In this document: positions 9,271 to 19,238 of the stretch, in pieces | How the letters are laid out: each line of letters opens with the position of its first letter | Numbering within the stretch: the first letter of the stretch is position 1 | Assembly: GCA_965198115.1 (NCBI GenBank) | Contig: OZ240241.1 | Location: 2,016,001-2,080,000 of the forward strand | Reading direction: 5' to 3' | Source: Candidatus Latescibacterota bacterium | Lineage (GTDB): Bacteria; Latescibacterota; UBA2968 | DNA: 64,000 nt | Translations under genes and position numbers: made by a program | Notes under the pieces: model-generated | What the model saw: only the letters and a program-made list of their open reading frames with translations | Databases searched by the model: none | Told to the model about the DNA's origin: nothing

Positions 9271-9606
9271 TCACGCATCCCCTGACTCCGCGCTCAGTCG
9301 CGCCGAGATCGCCATCTCCGCTTCCGCCTCTTCGATCAGGCCTTTTTGCTGCAGGAGTCGTGACAGACTCGTGTGTGCCAGCGGGTCGTCGGGTGTGAGT
9401 TCGAGGGCGGCCCGTATGGCCACGATGGCGTCGTCGACCTTCCCCTGCCGGTCGCACACTTGGCTGAGCCCCAGATACCCCATCGCAAAGGACCGATCGG
9501 TCGCTACGCTCCGTTCAAAAGCGACCGCGGCTTCCTCCAGGCTGCCCGCAGCCATCAGTCCCAGGCCCTCGATGTAGGCCGACATCGCCTCCTTCGACGC
9601 TTCCAC
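9271..9606 (-). CDS. Small TPR protein
   Basis: TPR pattern (GYLGLSQVCDRQGKVDDAIVAIRAALELTPDDPLAH); GTG 9606 with AGGGAG RBS. Confidence 0.8.
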   Translation of the reverse strand: MEASKEAMSAYIEGLGLMAAGSLEEAAVAFERSVATDRSFAMGYLGLSQVCDRQGKVDDAIVAIRAALELTPDDPLAHTSLSRLLQQKGLIEEAEAEMAISARLSAESGDA

Positions 9607-9626
9607 GATAAACTCCCTACTCGACG

Positions 9627-9836
9627 TTACAGATCTTGTGACAGGAAAACCACGACCCAGAAAAGTAGCAGGGCCACGCCCGCGACGGCCAGCACCCGGC
9701 AAGAATAGCACGGCCTCGAGTCATCCGGCCGTGCCTTCGGGCGCACGCTGCCGCATCGCGGACAGACGATCGCCCCGGAGGGAAGATCCTCTCCACAAGT
9801 CTCGCAAGGAATGATTTCGGCGACCGATCCAGCCAT
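9627..9836 (-). CDS. Small zinc-ribbon membrane protein
   Basis: CETC...CPRCG plus C-terminal hydrophobic helix. Confidence 0.65.
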   Translation of the reverse strand: MAGSVAEIIPCETCGEDLPSGAIVCPRCGSVRPKARPDDSRPCYSCRVLAVAGVALLLFWVVVFLSQDL

Positions 9837-9882
9837 GACGTCTCAAATAATAAGAAAGTCGCCCCAGCCCATAAAGGGCTAA

Positions 9883-11177
9883 GGGTTCGCGAATAAATAA
9901 ACGGTCGATCTCAATGTTGAGCCATTGGCCGGATCGTGTAGTTCCAGTCGCCGTGGAAATCGTGCGGAGTGAGATCGATTTGGGTCATCTGTTCATCGGT
10001 CACCTTGACCCCGTTAGGGTAGGGTCGCTTGTCGATCTCGGAGCGTACTCGGAGACCGGCTTGAGTGGTCGTTCCGGCAATGAGATTCACGGTTGCAGCC
10101 AGGCTGACCAGGGGCTTGCCTCGCCAGTTCATAGCGATGAAGGAGAACAGGCGATGTTCGATCTTGTTCCACTTACTAGTGCCAGGAGGGTAGTGGCATA
10201 CGGTGATCGTCAGGCCAGTGCGATTCGCAAAGCGCTGCAGCTCCCACTTCCACAGCCGCGTCTTGGCGCCGTTGCTGCCGCCTGCGTCCGCCGTGATTAG
10301 CAGATGCGTCGAAGTGCCGTAGGCGGGCCGTCCCATGTTCTTCCACCAACTTCGGATCGCATTCACGGCGAAGCTGGCCGTGTCGTGATCGATACCGACA
10401 CTTACCCAGCCTTCATCACGGCTCAGATCATACACTCCATAAGGGATCGCCTTGCCCTGAGCAGGCACTATGAAATCGTGTACCTTCACACGCTCCGGGT
10501 CTCCCTTGGGTCGCCATTCTCGGCCAGGATTCTTGAAGTCGCCGATCAACTCTTTCTTCTTGGTGTCCACCGAGATAACGGGAAGGCCCTGCTGCTGCTG
10601 CTGGCTAATCCGATCATCGAGGTAAACGAACTGAGCGTCCCGATCCGGGTGTGCAGATCCCTCCCTTGTCTTCCGATTCGCCTGCAGCGTGTAATCGTGT
10701 TCGTGCAGGAGATTGGCAACGATCCTGGGGCTCACCGAATGCCCCATCGCTTGCAACTCGGCGGCCAGTTTGCGAGTGCTCTTCGATGTCCATCTCAGAG
10801 GATTGTCGTCAGGCGACCCCGCAGTCGTTGGCTCGACCAGATCATTCAGGTCCTGCCACAGCGTCGGGTCCGTGTCGGCCTTCCGCTTACGACCGCCGCC
10901 TGGACGCCGGATGCGAGCCGGGTCCAAAGGTTCGTCCGACCTCAACTCCTGAATGCCACGAAAGATCCGCTCTCTGGACATTCCTGTCGCCAGAGCCACA
11001 ATCGCGATCCCACCGTGACCCAACGCTTCGGCTTCCGTGGCGGCCCTCAGACGACGCGTGCGTTCCGTCAGCACCGGAGCCAAGGCTTCATACTTCGTTC
11101 GGAGAGTTTCGACGTCCACACTCCGAGCGTAAGATCATTACCTTGAAAAGTGCAGCACTTATTTCGTGGCAAGCCCC
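9883..11177 (-). mobile_element. ISAzo13-family insertion sequence
   Basis: Imperfect 18-bp terminal IRs (gggttcgcgaataaataa versus reverse complement gggcttgccacgaaataa); flanked by AA/AA (or TAA/CAA); encloses the transposase. Confidence 0.85.
9911..11119 (-). CDS. ISAzo13-family (Rhodopirellula-type) DDE transposase
   Basis: RIRRPGGGRK, LRWTSKS, HPDRDAQF, ISVDTKKKE, ITADAGGSN and PPGTSKWNKIEHRLF motifs. Confidence 0.95.
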   Translation of the reverse strand: MDVETLRTKYEALAPVLTERTRRLRAATEAEALGHGGIAIVALATGMSRERIFRGIQELRSDEPLDPARIRRPGGGRKRKADTDPTLWQDLNDLVEPTTAGSPDDNPLRWTSKSTRKLAAELQAMGHSVSPRIVANLLHEHDYTLQANRKTREGSAHPDRDAQFVYLDDRISQQQQQGLPVISVDTKKKELIGDFKNPGREWRPKGDPERVKVHDFIVPAQGKAIPYGVYDLSRDEGWVSVGIDHDTASFAVNAIRSWWKNMGRPAYGTSTHLLITADAGGSNGAKTRLWKWELQRFANRTGLTITVCHYPPGTSKWNKIEHRLFSFIAMNWRGKPLVSLAATVNLIAGTTTQAGLRVRSEIDKRPYPNGVKVTDEQMTQIDLTPHDFHGDWNYTIRPMAQH

Positions 11178-11211
11178 AAGGCGACTCTTGGTGCATCCGG
11201 TCGATTCTGGA

Positions 11212-14200
11212 TCAGAAGAGACCCGTGATGTCGATCGAGAAGTAATGAATCGGATGGAACGTCTCTGCGAAGTTCGTGGGCCAGGCCAGGTCGTAGCGGA
11301 ACAGGAACAGGCCTAGATTGACTCTCGCCCCGAATCCATACCCGCCCTTCAGGTCGCGAAGCTCGAACCCACCCTGCTCGGCGTCCCACGGATTGAAGCG
11401 ATCTCGGTCGAAGGCCCCACCCACGTCGAGGAACAGTTCGCCCTGAATATTCTGGAAGAACAGCGGCAGCGGCCATCCCATCGCCAGCTGATAGAACAGG
11501 GGGAATCGGAAGGCGAGGTTCGTCAGCACGTAGGAATCACCCGCCGTCTGGAAGAGCTCGACCCCGCGCAGCGGCCACATGAAACTCGAGAAGAACACTT
11601 CGTTGGTCGGGACGTTCGCGACCGTCGAAAACACGGGGTTCACTGGATTGTTCACCCCACCGACGAAGAAGCGGGTGCGGTTCCGTCCCCAGCTCGTGCC
11701 ACCCGACGCCCGGAAAGCGAACGTGTAGTTGTCGAGCACACGCAGGTACTTCCGGTAGTCGCCCTGGACGGTAAAATACTCCAACCCCTTGGGGCTGCCT
11801 TCGACCTCAAGACGTGCGCGACGACCGGAGATCGGGCCAAACAGATCCCTGCGGGTCGTGTCGTCGACGAGAGCGAGCTGGGGAATCGCCGCACGATCGG
11901 TCCTCAAGCGAACACCCGAGGTGTTGCCGGGGGTTCCGCCGAAGAAACCGTTCCGCACGAACGGGTTAAACGTGTCGTCGAAGGCGTCCCGCTGGATCGT
12001 GATGAACCGGATACTCGACTCGACCCGACTGAAGCGGCTGAAGGGGCGGTCGAGCGCGAGGTGCGCACCGTAGTAACGGTCGGCGAACAGCTGATTCCCG
12101 CTGAAAAAGAACAGACGTGTATGGAAGACCTGAGCGAAGTAGTTCGTGGGTCGCTTCAAGTAGGCGTAGGTCAGGAAGAAATCGCTGTCTTCGATCGAGA
12201 AGTTCAAACTCGTGATCAGCGTGAGCCGGTGATCGCCCAGGACATCGCTCAGGGAAAGCTGCGCAAGACCGCTCACCCCGTAGAACGTGTCGAAACCGGC
12301 GTTCGCCGCGAAGATTTCGGGCTTGAACTTCACCTTGTATTTACTGACCTGAAATTCGCGTTCCCAATCGTCCAGACCCGCGACCACCTCACCCTCGGCG
12401 CTCGAAGAATCGGGGGTGGCAACGACTTCCTCGTCGACTGACTCCTCGGACTCATCAGGCTCTTCGACCCACCCCTCCTCCGACTGTGAGTCCTCCTCCG
12501 CCTCTTCGGCGGCCAGGGCCACCTGGTCGGAGACCCACCGCTCGAGCCTCTGCTCTGATTCGTCCACCTCATCCGTCGTTTCACCAGCCTCGCCCGTGAG
12601 GGCCTCTTCGACGTCCTCGTCCGCTTCCTCTCCCCCTTCCTCTGCCGACGCGAGCTCTGCCTTGGCCTCTGCCCGCTGACGCTCGACAAACGATAGATCT
12701 TCAATCCCTTCCCCACGCTTGGCGATCCGTGTGAGTGGGAGAGAGGAGGGATCCTTGGCCTTATCCAAAGGATCCTTGATGGTGTAGATATCGTAGCCAC
12801 CGTTGTGGAACACGGTGAAGGCCATCTTCTTCCCATCGGGCGACCAATCGTAGTCGAGCGCGCTCGCCAGAAGGTTCGTGATGGCTTTTACGTCGCCGCC
12901 ATCGGCGTTCGACACGTAGATGTTTCCGACACCTGTCCGGTCGGAGATGAACGACAGACGCGAGCTGTCTTTACCCCAGGTGGGGTGCGTGTCCTGCGCG
13001 TCGTGTTGGATCACCCGTTTGATTTCGGACCCGTCCGGTCGAATCAGAAAGATGTTGTATTGACCGAACGGAAAGTCCTTCCGGCCGTCGAAGGTCAGGT
13101 CTTCGTTCGGCCGGTCGCCACTCAAGGCCAGCCATTCACCATCAGGTGCCCACGCGAGGTTTTTTTCGTCGTAGGGATCGTGCGTGATGCGGCGGAGCGA
13201 TTCGTCCTCGAGGTTGACGATATAGATGTCGGACCAGCCATCCTTGAGACCCGCGAAGGCGATCTGCTTGCCGTCGGGAGACCACGCCGGCTCGAACAGC
13301 CCGTCCAGGTCGAGACTGAACCGCTTCGTCACCTTCTTACGCTTCACGTCGAACGTATACAGGGTGTTTTTGTTCTTGGACTTGGCCGCGAACGCGATCG
13401 AGCGGCCATCGGGCGACCACGTCAGACCCGGACGCAACACGAACATCCACTCGAAGTCGCTCGACTTCTCGCCTTCGACCAGCCGGCCCAGGTCCTTTCC
13501 ATCGATCGCCGACCGGAGGTAGATGTCGAACGTGCCCTTTCGGTCGGCCAGATACGCAATCTTGTCACCCTGCGGGCTGAATTTCGGCGCGAGGTTGAAG
13601 AATCCGCCTTCGTCCTCGCGATCCGTCAGGGCCTTACCGACTTCCTCGGGCGAGTCGTGTTTGTTGATTTCGTTCCAGTGCTGTCTCTTGAGCCAGATCT
13701 GCCATTTCTCGTTCAATTCCTCCACACCGAATCCGAGCGCAGACTTGAGTGCTTTGTCGATCGTCTTGGCGGTGCGTACGTCGCGGATGACCTGCGCGAC
13801 CTTTTCGCGACCGTATTCCTGTTCGATCATATAAAATATTGACTGACCGCCCTTGTAGGCGAACAGACCACCTTCAGGAATGAACTCGACCGGCGGCACG
13901 TAACCCGTGATCGTGGCGTCGCGCATCTGGTTGTCGGCGGCGACGTCCCAGCCGCGCCTCGAAAGATACTCGGCAATCCCTTCGACCACCCACAGTGGCG
14001 GGATGGTCGCCTGCTGGTTAAGCATGGCCCCGAGCCATCCCCCACCCGTCCACAGCTCGATCGTCACCGAGTGAACGAGCTCGTGGTGGATGACGTGTCT
14101 AAAGTCTCCGTAAGAACCGGTGTAGGGAATCACAACGCGGCCCTGTGCGAATTCCGTAAAGCCCCCCGTGAATTCCGTCAGTTCCCGCCCCGAAATGTTA

Positions 14201-14493
14201 CTGACCGCAAACCCATTGTGGGAGTTGTACATCACGAGCGGATACCGGCCCTTCATCTCGTAGTTCAGGCCTTCCTCGATCTCCACGAGCGACCGCTCCG
14301 CTTCCTTGGCAGCGAACTCGGCAACCGGCATCGACCCTTTGTCGAAATAGATCGTGAAGTGCTCGGTCTCGATGTAATGCCAATCGTAGTCGCCCAAGCT
14401 GACCTTGTTCTTGCCAAAATACTCTTGAGCGGACGTGGTAAGGGGCTGAGACAGGAGTGCAGCGATCAAAATGACGCGTCGCCAGCTTTGCAT
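11212..14493 (-). CDS. Omp85/BamA-like protein with N-terminal HExxH peptidase-like domain and TolB/WD40-like (PD40) propeller
   Basis: Signal peptide; HHELVH and W..EG.AEY; repeated WSPDG; acidic linker; C-terminal barrel with LRG, FRFP and RYDLAWP motifs ending in Phe. Confidence 0.85.
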   Translation of the reverse strand: MQSWRRVILIAALLSQPLTTSAQEYFGKNKVSLGDYDWHYIETEHFTIYFDKGSMPVAEFAAKEAERSLVEIEEGLNYEMKGRYPLVMYNSHNGFAVSNISGRELTEFTGGFTEFAQGRVVIPYTGSYGDFRHVIHHELVHSVTIELWTGGGWLGAMLNQQATIPPLWVVEGIAEYLSRRGWDVAADNQMRDATITGYVPPVEFIPEGGLFAYKGGQSIFYMIEQEYGREKVAQVIRDVRTAKTIDKALKSALGFGVEELNEKWQIWLKRQHWNEINKHDSPEEVGKALTDREDEGGFFNLAPKFSPQGDKIAYLADRKGTFDIYLRSAIDGKDLGRLVEGEKSSDFEWMFVLRPGLTWSPDGRSIAFAAKSKNKNTLYTFDVKRKKVTKRFSLDLDGLFEPAWSPDGKQIAFAGLKDGWSDIYIVNLEDESLRRITHDPYDEKNLAWAPDGEWLALSGDRPNEDLTFDGRKDFPFGQYNIFLIRPDGSEIKRVIQHDAQDTHPTWGKDSSRLSFISDRTGVGNIYVSNADGGDVKAITNLLASALDYDWSPDGKKMAFTVFHNGGYDIYTIKDPLDKAKDPSSLPLTRIAKRGEGIEDLSFVERQRAEAKAELASAEEGGEEADEDVEEALTGEAGETTDEVDESEQRLERWVSDQVALAAEEAEEDSQSEEGWVEEPDESEESVDEEVVATPDSSSAEGEVVAGLDDWEREFQVSKYKVKFKPEIFAANAGFDTFYGVSGLAQLSLSDVLGDHRLTLITSLNFSIEDSDFFLTYAYLKRPTNYFAQVFHTRLFFFSGNQLFADRYYGAHLALDRPFSRFSRVESSIRFITIQRDAFDDTFNPFVRNGFFGGTPGNTSGVRLRTDRAAIPQLALVDDTTRRDLFGPISGRRARLEVEGSPKGLEYFTVQGDYRKYLRVLDNYTFAFRASGGTSWGRNRTRFFVGGVNNPVNPVFSTVANVPTNEVFFSSFMWPLRGVELFQTAGDSYVLTNLAFRFPLFYQLAMGWPLPLFFQNIQGELFLDVGGAFDRDRFNPWDAEQGGFELRDLKGGYGFGARVNLGLFLFRYDLAWPTNFAETFHPIHYFSIDITGLF

Positions 14494-14610
14494 GCTTCAC
14501 CTCTCGGTTGGTGGGGTCGTTCGCCTCGACCTTTTCGGCGAACCGGCTCACCTGGCAGAACGACTCGAGTCGGTCTGTATGGTAGACAGTGGATTCAGGC
14601 TAAAGGCTTG

Positions 14611-14625
14611 GCAAGAGACGTGCCA
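14611..14625 (-). promoter_or_regulatory. sigma54 (-24/-12) promoter for the Omp85-like gene
   Basis: Minus strand TGGCAC-GTCTC-TTGC matches TGGCAC-N5-TTGC, about 120 bp upstream of ATG 14493. Confidence 0.7.
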
Positions 14626-15101
14626 CAACGGCCGAGCACGGGTGCTTCAAGGCTATAAGCTAACCAAAAACAGAGGATTGCCAAATCTGCCACCCCCCGA
14701 CCACCACCCCCAGACTCTGATGCAATCGTGAGTGCTCTCCAGCCACTCCTTTAAATCACGAATTCCTTCAAAGTTGCAGAAATACGCGATCGGATTATTC
14801 GGGATCGTCCCTTGACTCACCGGTACGCCCCGGCCTAAATTTGTAAGTTGCCTTCATCCCCCAATACGCTAAGGAAGGTCAAATGGAATAAACCCATCAG
14901 CTTTTCGACGACGCGATGGAAGCTGCCTCCCGAGAAGCCGATGAACTCGGCGCGGAAATCGAACACCTACGTCAGGCCCTGACCCGTCTCGAGGCTCGAA
15001 AACAGGCAGTCGACGACGTCGTTCACGCCATCCGACGATGGGTGGAGATCTCCTCCTCGCCGTCGTTCGATCCAGCTGTTTTCGAGGTCTCAAATTCTGA
15101 A

Positions 15102-16489
15102 GGTCAAGTCCCATAGTCAGTTGAAACTCATCGGGCTCCGTGGTATTCATGCTCTCTGCCGAGCATCTTGATTGTCGCCGAGATTCAGGTTGTTTTTCAG
15201 TGCTTGCCTGAGCAGCGGGAGGTGTTTGTATCCGCTCACGCGTCGCAGGCGTGGTTCGATGTCGAGGAGTGCGGCCGCGACCCATCTGTGTCGCTGAGGA
15301 GAGTTGTTCCAGCGGTTGACCTTCCGTATCAGGTTGCCGGTCATGCTGTTGAGCGCCTCGATGCAATTGGTGGTTCGGAAGCTTCGCTTCAAGAACGGGA
15401 GCATCCCCAGCCGGTGGAGGGTCAGGGTTTCCTCCAGTCCTTCCTCGAGGCTTGCCACGGCAGACTGATTCATCAGCTTGAGTTCGGGTTTGAGTGATTC
15501 GAGTGCGGCCTTTGCCTCCTCGTAGGTGTCGCAGTCATAGGCTTTCTGAAGTTTCCGTCGAACTCTTGGACGTTCTGCCTCCGGGAGGTAGCTGACGACG
15601 TTCTCGCGCTTGTGCCACTGACAGCGATGCACGCACACATCCCCTTTGAGGGCTTTGGTGACGGCACTGCGGAGTCCCTTTGAGCCGTCCAGCACAACGA
15701 GAAGGCCCTGGTCGTAGCACAGGCCTCTCCGGATGAGATCCTGGATCAGCTGACGGCAGATCCGTTCGTTCTCCGTCGCCGATTCGACGAAGCCCAGGGG
15801 GATCTTCTGGCCGTCCGTCGTGACGCCCGGAGCGATCACGATCTCTTCGTCGGCAAAGCTCTTTCCGTCGATGAACAGGGCGACCAAGTCGTAGTCGTCG
15901 AGCGGTCGTTCCTGGAACTGCTTCAGCTTCTTTGCGGTGGCTTTGATGAACCGTCGCGAGACGGAGGATGCCGAAATTCCGAACGCTTCGGGTACCGACT
16001 CTGCACAGGCTCTGTAGTTGCGACAGGAGATTCCCTTGAGCACACGAAGCAGCAGCTTCTCATCCATCGCTCTGGGCCTCTGCATCCCCCGGTATGCGGC
16101 CAGAGAAACCTCCGTATCGGACTCGACGTCGCGCACACGGGGAACGGCCACCGGCAGCTTCTGGTCCATCAGATACACGGACCCTTTCTGGCTTCCCCAT
16201 CGACGATGCGACTGCTCTGAACCCTTACGCGCATACCGAACGCCTGCGAGCTGCTCCACCTCCTGCTGGAGCACGTCGGCAACGGCCTCCAGACCCAGCG
16301 GAATCAGCGCCCGGATCACCGATAAACGCGTCTCCAAATCCATAACGTCTGACCCAACCTTGACTTCGCCATCCCCTGCAAATAGCTTCTCCATCGTGGG
16401 CTCCTTTCTTACGGGTACACGCTCTCACACGTCTACCCACAACGTAAGTTTGGAGCCCTTTAAGTTTCAACTAGGATAGGGACCTCACC
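15102..16489 (-). mobile_element. IS256-family insertion sequence with 8-bp target duplication ATTCTGAA
   Basis: IRs ggtcaagtcccatagtcagttgaaact and reverse complement ggtgaggtccctatcctagttgaaact; DRs at 15094-15101 and 16490-16497. Confidence 0.95.
15147..16394 (-). CDS. IS256-family (Mutator) transposase
   Basis: VPRVR, LFIDG, VLDGSKGL, HRCQWHKRENV and RTTNCIE motifs. Confidence 0.95.
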   Translation of the reverse strand: MEKLFAGDGEVKVGSDVMDLETRLSVIRALIPLGLEAVADVLQQEVEQLAGVRYARKGSEQSHRRWGSQKGSVYLMDQKLPVAVPRVRDVESDTEVSLAAYRGMQRPRAMDEKLLLRVLKGISCRNYRACAESVPEAFGISASSVSRRFIKATAKKLKQFQERPLDDYDLVALFIDGKSFADEEIVIAPGVTTDGQKIPLGFVESATENERICRQLIQDLIRRGLCYDQGLLVVLDGSKGLRSAVTKALKGDVCVHRCQWHKRENVVSYLPEAERPRVRRKLQKAYDCDTYEEAKAALESLKPELKLMNQSAVASLEEGLEETLTLHRLGMLPFLKRSFRTTNCIEALNSMTGNLIRKVNRWNNSPQRHRWVAAALLDIEPRLRRVSGYKHLPLLRQALKNNLNLGDNQDARQRA

Positions 16490-16576
16490 ATTCTGAAAGA
16501 GATGAGGTCGTCGGTCTCTCCGAAGAGGAAGTGTCCCTCATAGCCTACCCCGACGGCCTTCGTGGAAACGAATAGC

Positions 16577-17428
16577 TCACCCGAGGAAGTACGGGTTGTA
16601 CGCTCTTTCCTCTGCCACCGTCGTCATGGGTCCGTGACCCGGAAAAACGCTCACCGATTCGGGTAGACTCAGGACCTTGTTCCACACGGCCTCGATCTGT
16701 CCCCGGTAGGCCGCATCCCCACTCCTTACCCCACCCAGCGACCCCGCAAAAAGAGCGTCCCCCGAGAAAAACGCCGTGTCGGCGTAGTATCCGATGCCGC
16801 CGGGTGTGTGACCCGGTAGCGCAAAAGCGGTCACCGGGACCTCACCGACCGCATCGTTCCACCCCTCCTCGACGAACACATCGATTTCGCTTCGCTGGCT
16901 GCCAAGCATCCCGGCGTCCGTCTGGCTGCAATGCACGCGAGCGCCGGTCGCTCGCTTCATGTCGGAAAGGGCCCCGACGTGGTCCCCGTGGCCGTGCGTT
17001 AACAGAATGTGAGTGATGTCGGCGTCGACACGCGAGATCAATCCCTCTATGAGGTCGGGCTGCCCCCCTGCGTCGACGAGCGCCCCCTTCCCCGACCGTT
17101 TGCACTTGAGGACGTAGGCATTGACTTCCATGCCCGCACTGAGGATCACTCGATCGACCAGCGTCGCCTCCGTTTCAACCGCGTCATTGCCCTTCTCGGG
17201 CACCCAGCCGTGGGCGATCCCCACGAGTTTGTCACCATCCAGTTCCAGAATGCTCGCCAGGGCACGAATCGTCTCGTCGTCAGGGATCAGATCGTAGGAA
17301 CCGATCCGACCCAGATCGCCCGCTGATAAACCCGTTCGTGTCGTGATGTCGCGATCCGACACACCCAGGCCGTTCCGAGCCTTCCCCACGATGTCGCCGA
17401 AGAAATCCTCGAGTGTCGTGTAGGCCAC
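16577..17428 (-). CDS. MBL-fold metallo-hydrolase with N-terminal HTH-like domain
   Basis: THGHGDH, PGHTPG, GDALF and PGHGP motifs; N-terminal XRE-like helices; GTG start after GAGGAAAAG. Confidence 0.88.
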   Translation of the reverse strand: MAYTTLEDFFGDIVGKARNGLGVSDRDITTRTGLSAGDLGRIGSYDLIPDDETIRALASILELDGDKLVGIAHGWVPEKGNDAVETEATLVDRVILSAGMEVNAYVLKCKRSGKGALVDAGGQPDLIEGLISRVDADITHILLTHGHGDHVGALSDMKRATGARVHCSQTDAGMLGSQRSEIDVFVEEGWNDAVGEVPVTAFALPGHTPGGIGYYADTAFFSGDALFAGSLGGVRSGDAAYRGQIEAVWNKVLSLPESVSVFPGHGPMTTVAEERAYNPYFLG

Positions 17429-17575
17429 CTTTTCCTCCTTATGGGTCACGGTTTTGCGGATCAGGATGATAGGGGACCCACATCGGCCGAACAAGCGGCA
17501 TTGTTCACCGGATAGTCGTTGCACACGATCGCGTTATCCCTATCTTCTTCGCTGTCCAAATCTGGTTCCGTCTCC

Positions 17576-18289
17576 ATGCCCGACGCAGTGAATCCCAAAC
17601 AGATCGCCGGCGAACGAGCCGCCAGCTACGTCCTCACCGACACGGTCGTGGGACTTGGCACGGGTTCCACGGCTTATTTTGCGATCCGGCGGCTCGGAGA
17701 GCGCGTGACCGAAGGACTGTCGATTCGGGGCGTGCCCACATCCAGGCAGTCGCACGATCTTGCCAGGGAATTCGGCATTCCGCTGACCGATCTGGGCGAA
17801 GTCGAACGTATCGACCTCACGATCGACGGCGCGGACGAAGTGGATTCAGACTTCAACCTCACCAAGGGCGGCGGGGGCGCTTTGCTCCGCGAGAAAATCG
17901 TAGCAGCCGCCTCGGTGCGCGAGATCATCGTCGCCGACGAGACCAAAATGTGTCGTTCGCTCGGCGCCTTTCCGCTGCCGGTAGAGGTCACTCCGTTCGG
18001 GTGGCAAGCCACGCAGCGGAGCCTGGCCGACCTCGGATGCGTCCCCGCCCGGAGGAAAGGCAACGGCGCGACGTTCGAGACCGACAACGGAAACTACATC
18101 ATCGACTGTCCCTTCGGTTCGATCGACGATCCGAAGCGTCTCGAAGGACAGATCAATCGAATCCCCGGGGTCGTCGACTGCGGTCTCTTTTGCGGCCTCG
18201 CCCATCACATCATCATCGGCAAGTCGGACGGGACGTGCGAGGAGCTGACCGGGCCCGGCGAAAGCCCGACCCGCGGGGAGAAAGCATGA
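17576..18289 (+). CDS. rpiA: Ribose-5-phosphate isomerase A
   Basis: [27 protein letters not shown] and TDNGNYIID motifs. Confidence 0.97.
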   Translation: MPDAVNPKQIAGERAASYVLTDTVVGLGTGSTAYFAIRRLGERVTEGLSIRGVPTSRQSHDLAREFGIPLTDLGEVERIDLTIDGADEVDSDFNLTKGGGGALLREKIVAAASVREIIVADETKMCRSLGAFPLPVEVTPFGWQATQRSLADLGCVPARRKGNGATFETDNGNYIIDCPFGSIDDPKRLEGQINRIPGVVDCGLFCGLAHHIIIGKSDGTCEELTGPGESPTRGEKA

Positions 18290-19158
18290 GTATCCTGATC
18301 GATTCGGAGACGCGGGTCCTGGTCCAGGGGATCACCGGAGGAGAGGGCTCGTTCCACACGAGTCAGATGATCGAGTACGGAACGCAGGTCGTCGGCGGGG
18401 TCACACCCGGCAAGGGTGGCCAGCAGGCCGAGGGCGTTCCTGTCTTCGACACGGTGGCGGAGGCGAAAGAGGCTACGGGCGCCGACGCCTCGGTCATCTT
18501 CGTGCCGGGTCCGTTCGCGGCCGACGCGATCATGGAAGCGGCCGACGCGGGCCTGGAGCTGGTCGTCTGCATCAGCGAATACATTCCCGTCCTGCAAATG
18601 GTCAACGCCAAGCAGTACTTGTCGACACGAACGACGCGGCTGGTCGGCCCGAACTGTCCGGGCGTCATCTCACCGGGTCAGTGCAAGATCGGCATCATGC
18701 CCGGGTCGATTCACAAGGAAGGCTCGATCGGCGTGATCTCACGCAGCGGGACCCTCACCTACGAAGCTGTGCACCAGCTGACCCACATTGGACTCGGCCA
18801 GACGACGTGCGTCGGAATCGGAGGCGACCCCGTCAACGGAACCAACTTTATCGACTGCTTAAAATTGTTCAAAGATGACGATCGGACCGAGGCCGTCGTG
18901 ATGATCGGTGAAATCGGGGGGTCGGCTGAAGAGGAGGCGGCCGCCTACATACAGGCGGAGTTCAACAAACCGGTCGTCAGCTTCATCGCCGGCCAGACCG
19001 CTCCACCCGGCCGGAGAATGGGACACGCGGGGGCGATCATTTCTGGCGGGCACGGTACGGCCGACGAAAAAATGGCGGCGCTCCAGGCGGCGGGGATCCA
19101 CGTGACGAAGAGCCCCGCAGACATCGGCGACACGGTCGTCACGGCACTCAAAAACTGA
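18286..19158 (+). CDS. sucD: Succinyl-CoA synthetase alpha subunit
   Basis: [31 protein letters not shown] and RRMGHAGAI motifs. Confidence 0.97.
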   Translation: MSILIDSETRVLVQGITGGEGSFHTSQMIEYGTQVVGGVTPGKGGQQAEGVPVFDTVAEAKEATGADASVIFVPGPFAADAIMEAADAGLELVVCISEYIPVLQMVNAKQYLSTRTTRLVGPNCPGVISPGQCKIGIMPGSIHKEGSIGVISRSGTLTYEAVHQLTHIGLGQTTCVGIGGDPVNGTNFIDCLKLFKDDDRTEAVVMIGEIGGSAEEEAAAYIQAEFNKPVVSFIAGQTAPPGRRMGHAGAIISGGHGTADEKMAALQAAGIHVTKSPADIGDTVVTALKN

Positions 19159-19178
19159 CTCGACACACTCGAAAAAAG

Positions 19179-19210
19179 GAAGGGCGCCAGATGTGAGTCT
19201 GGTGCCCTTC
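19179..19210. terminator. Intrinsic terminator between convergent genes
   Basis: gaagggcgccaga-tgtgag-tctggtgcccttc preceded by an A-tract. Confidence 0.7.
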
Positions 19211-19238
19211 TCCATTGGACCCACAGGTCACTGCCGAT

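Larger units (their letters stand above)
14883..16575 (+). pseudogene. Small coiled-coil hypothetical protein (~98 aa) interrupted by IS256, with a TAA at codon 3
   Basis: AAGGAAGG RBS, then ATG GAA TAA in frame with 14916 ORF. Removing the IS restores ...VSNSE|RDEVVGLSEEEVSLIAYPDGLRGNE*. Confidence 0.75.

Noticed and set aside
9883-16489. Composite transposon carrying the Omp85-like gene
   Set aside because: The two IS are different families and each has its own reconstructable local target site, so they are independent insertions
17950-18285. N-terminal extension of SucD
   Set aside because: It overlaps rpiA; the canonical MSIL start is at 18286
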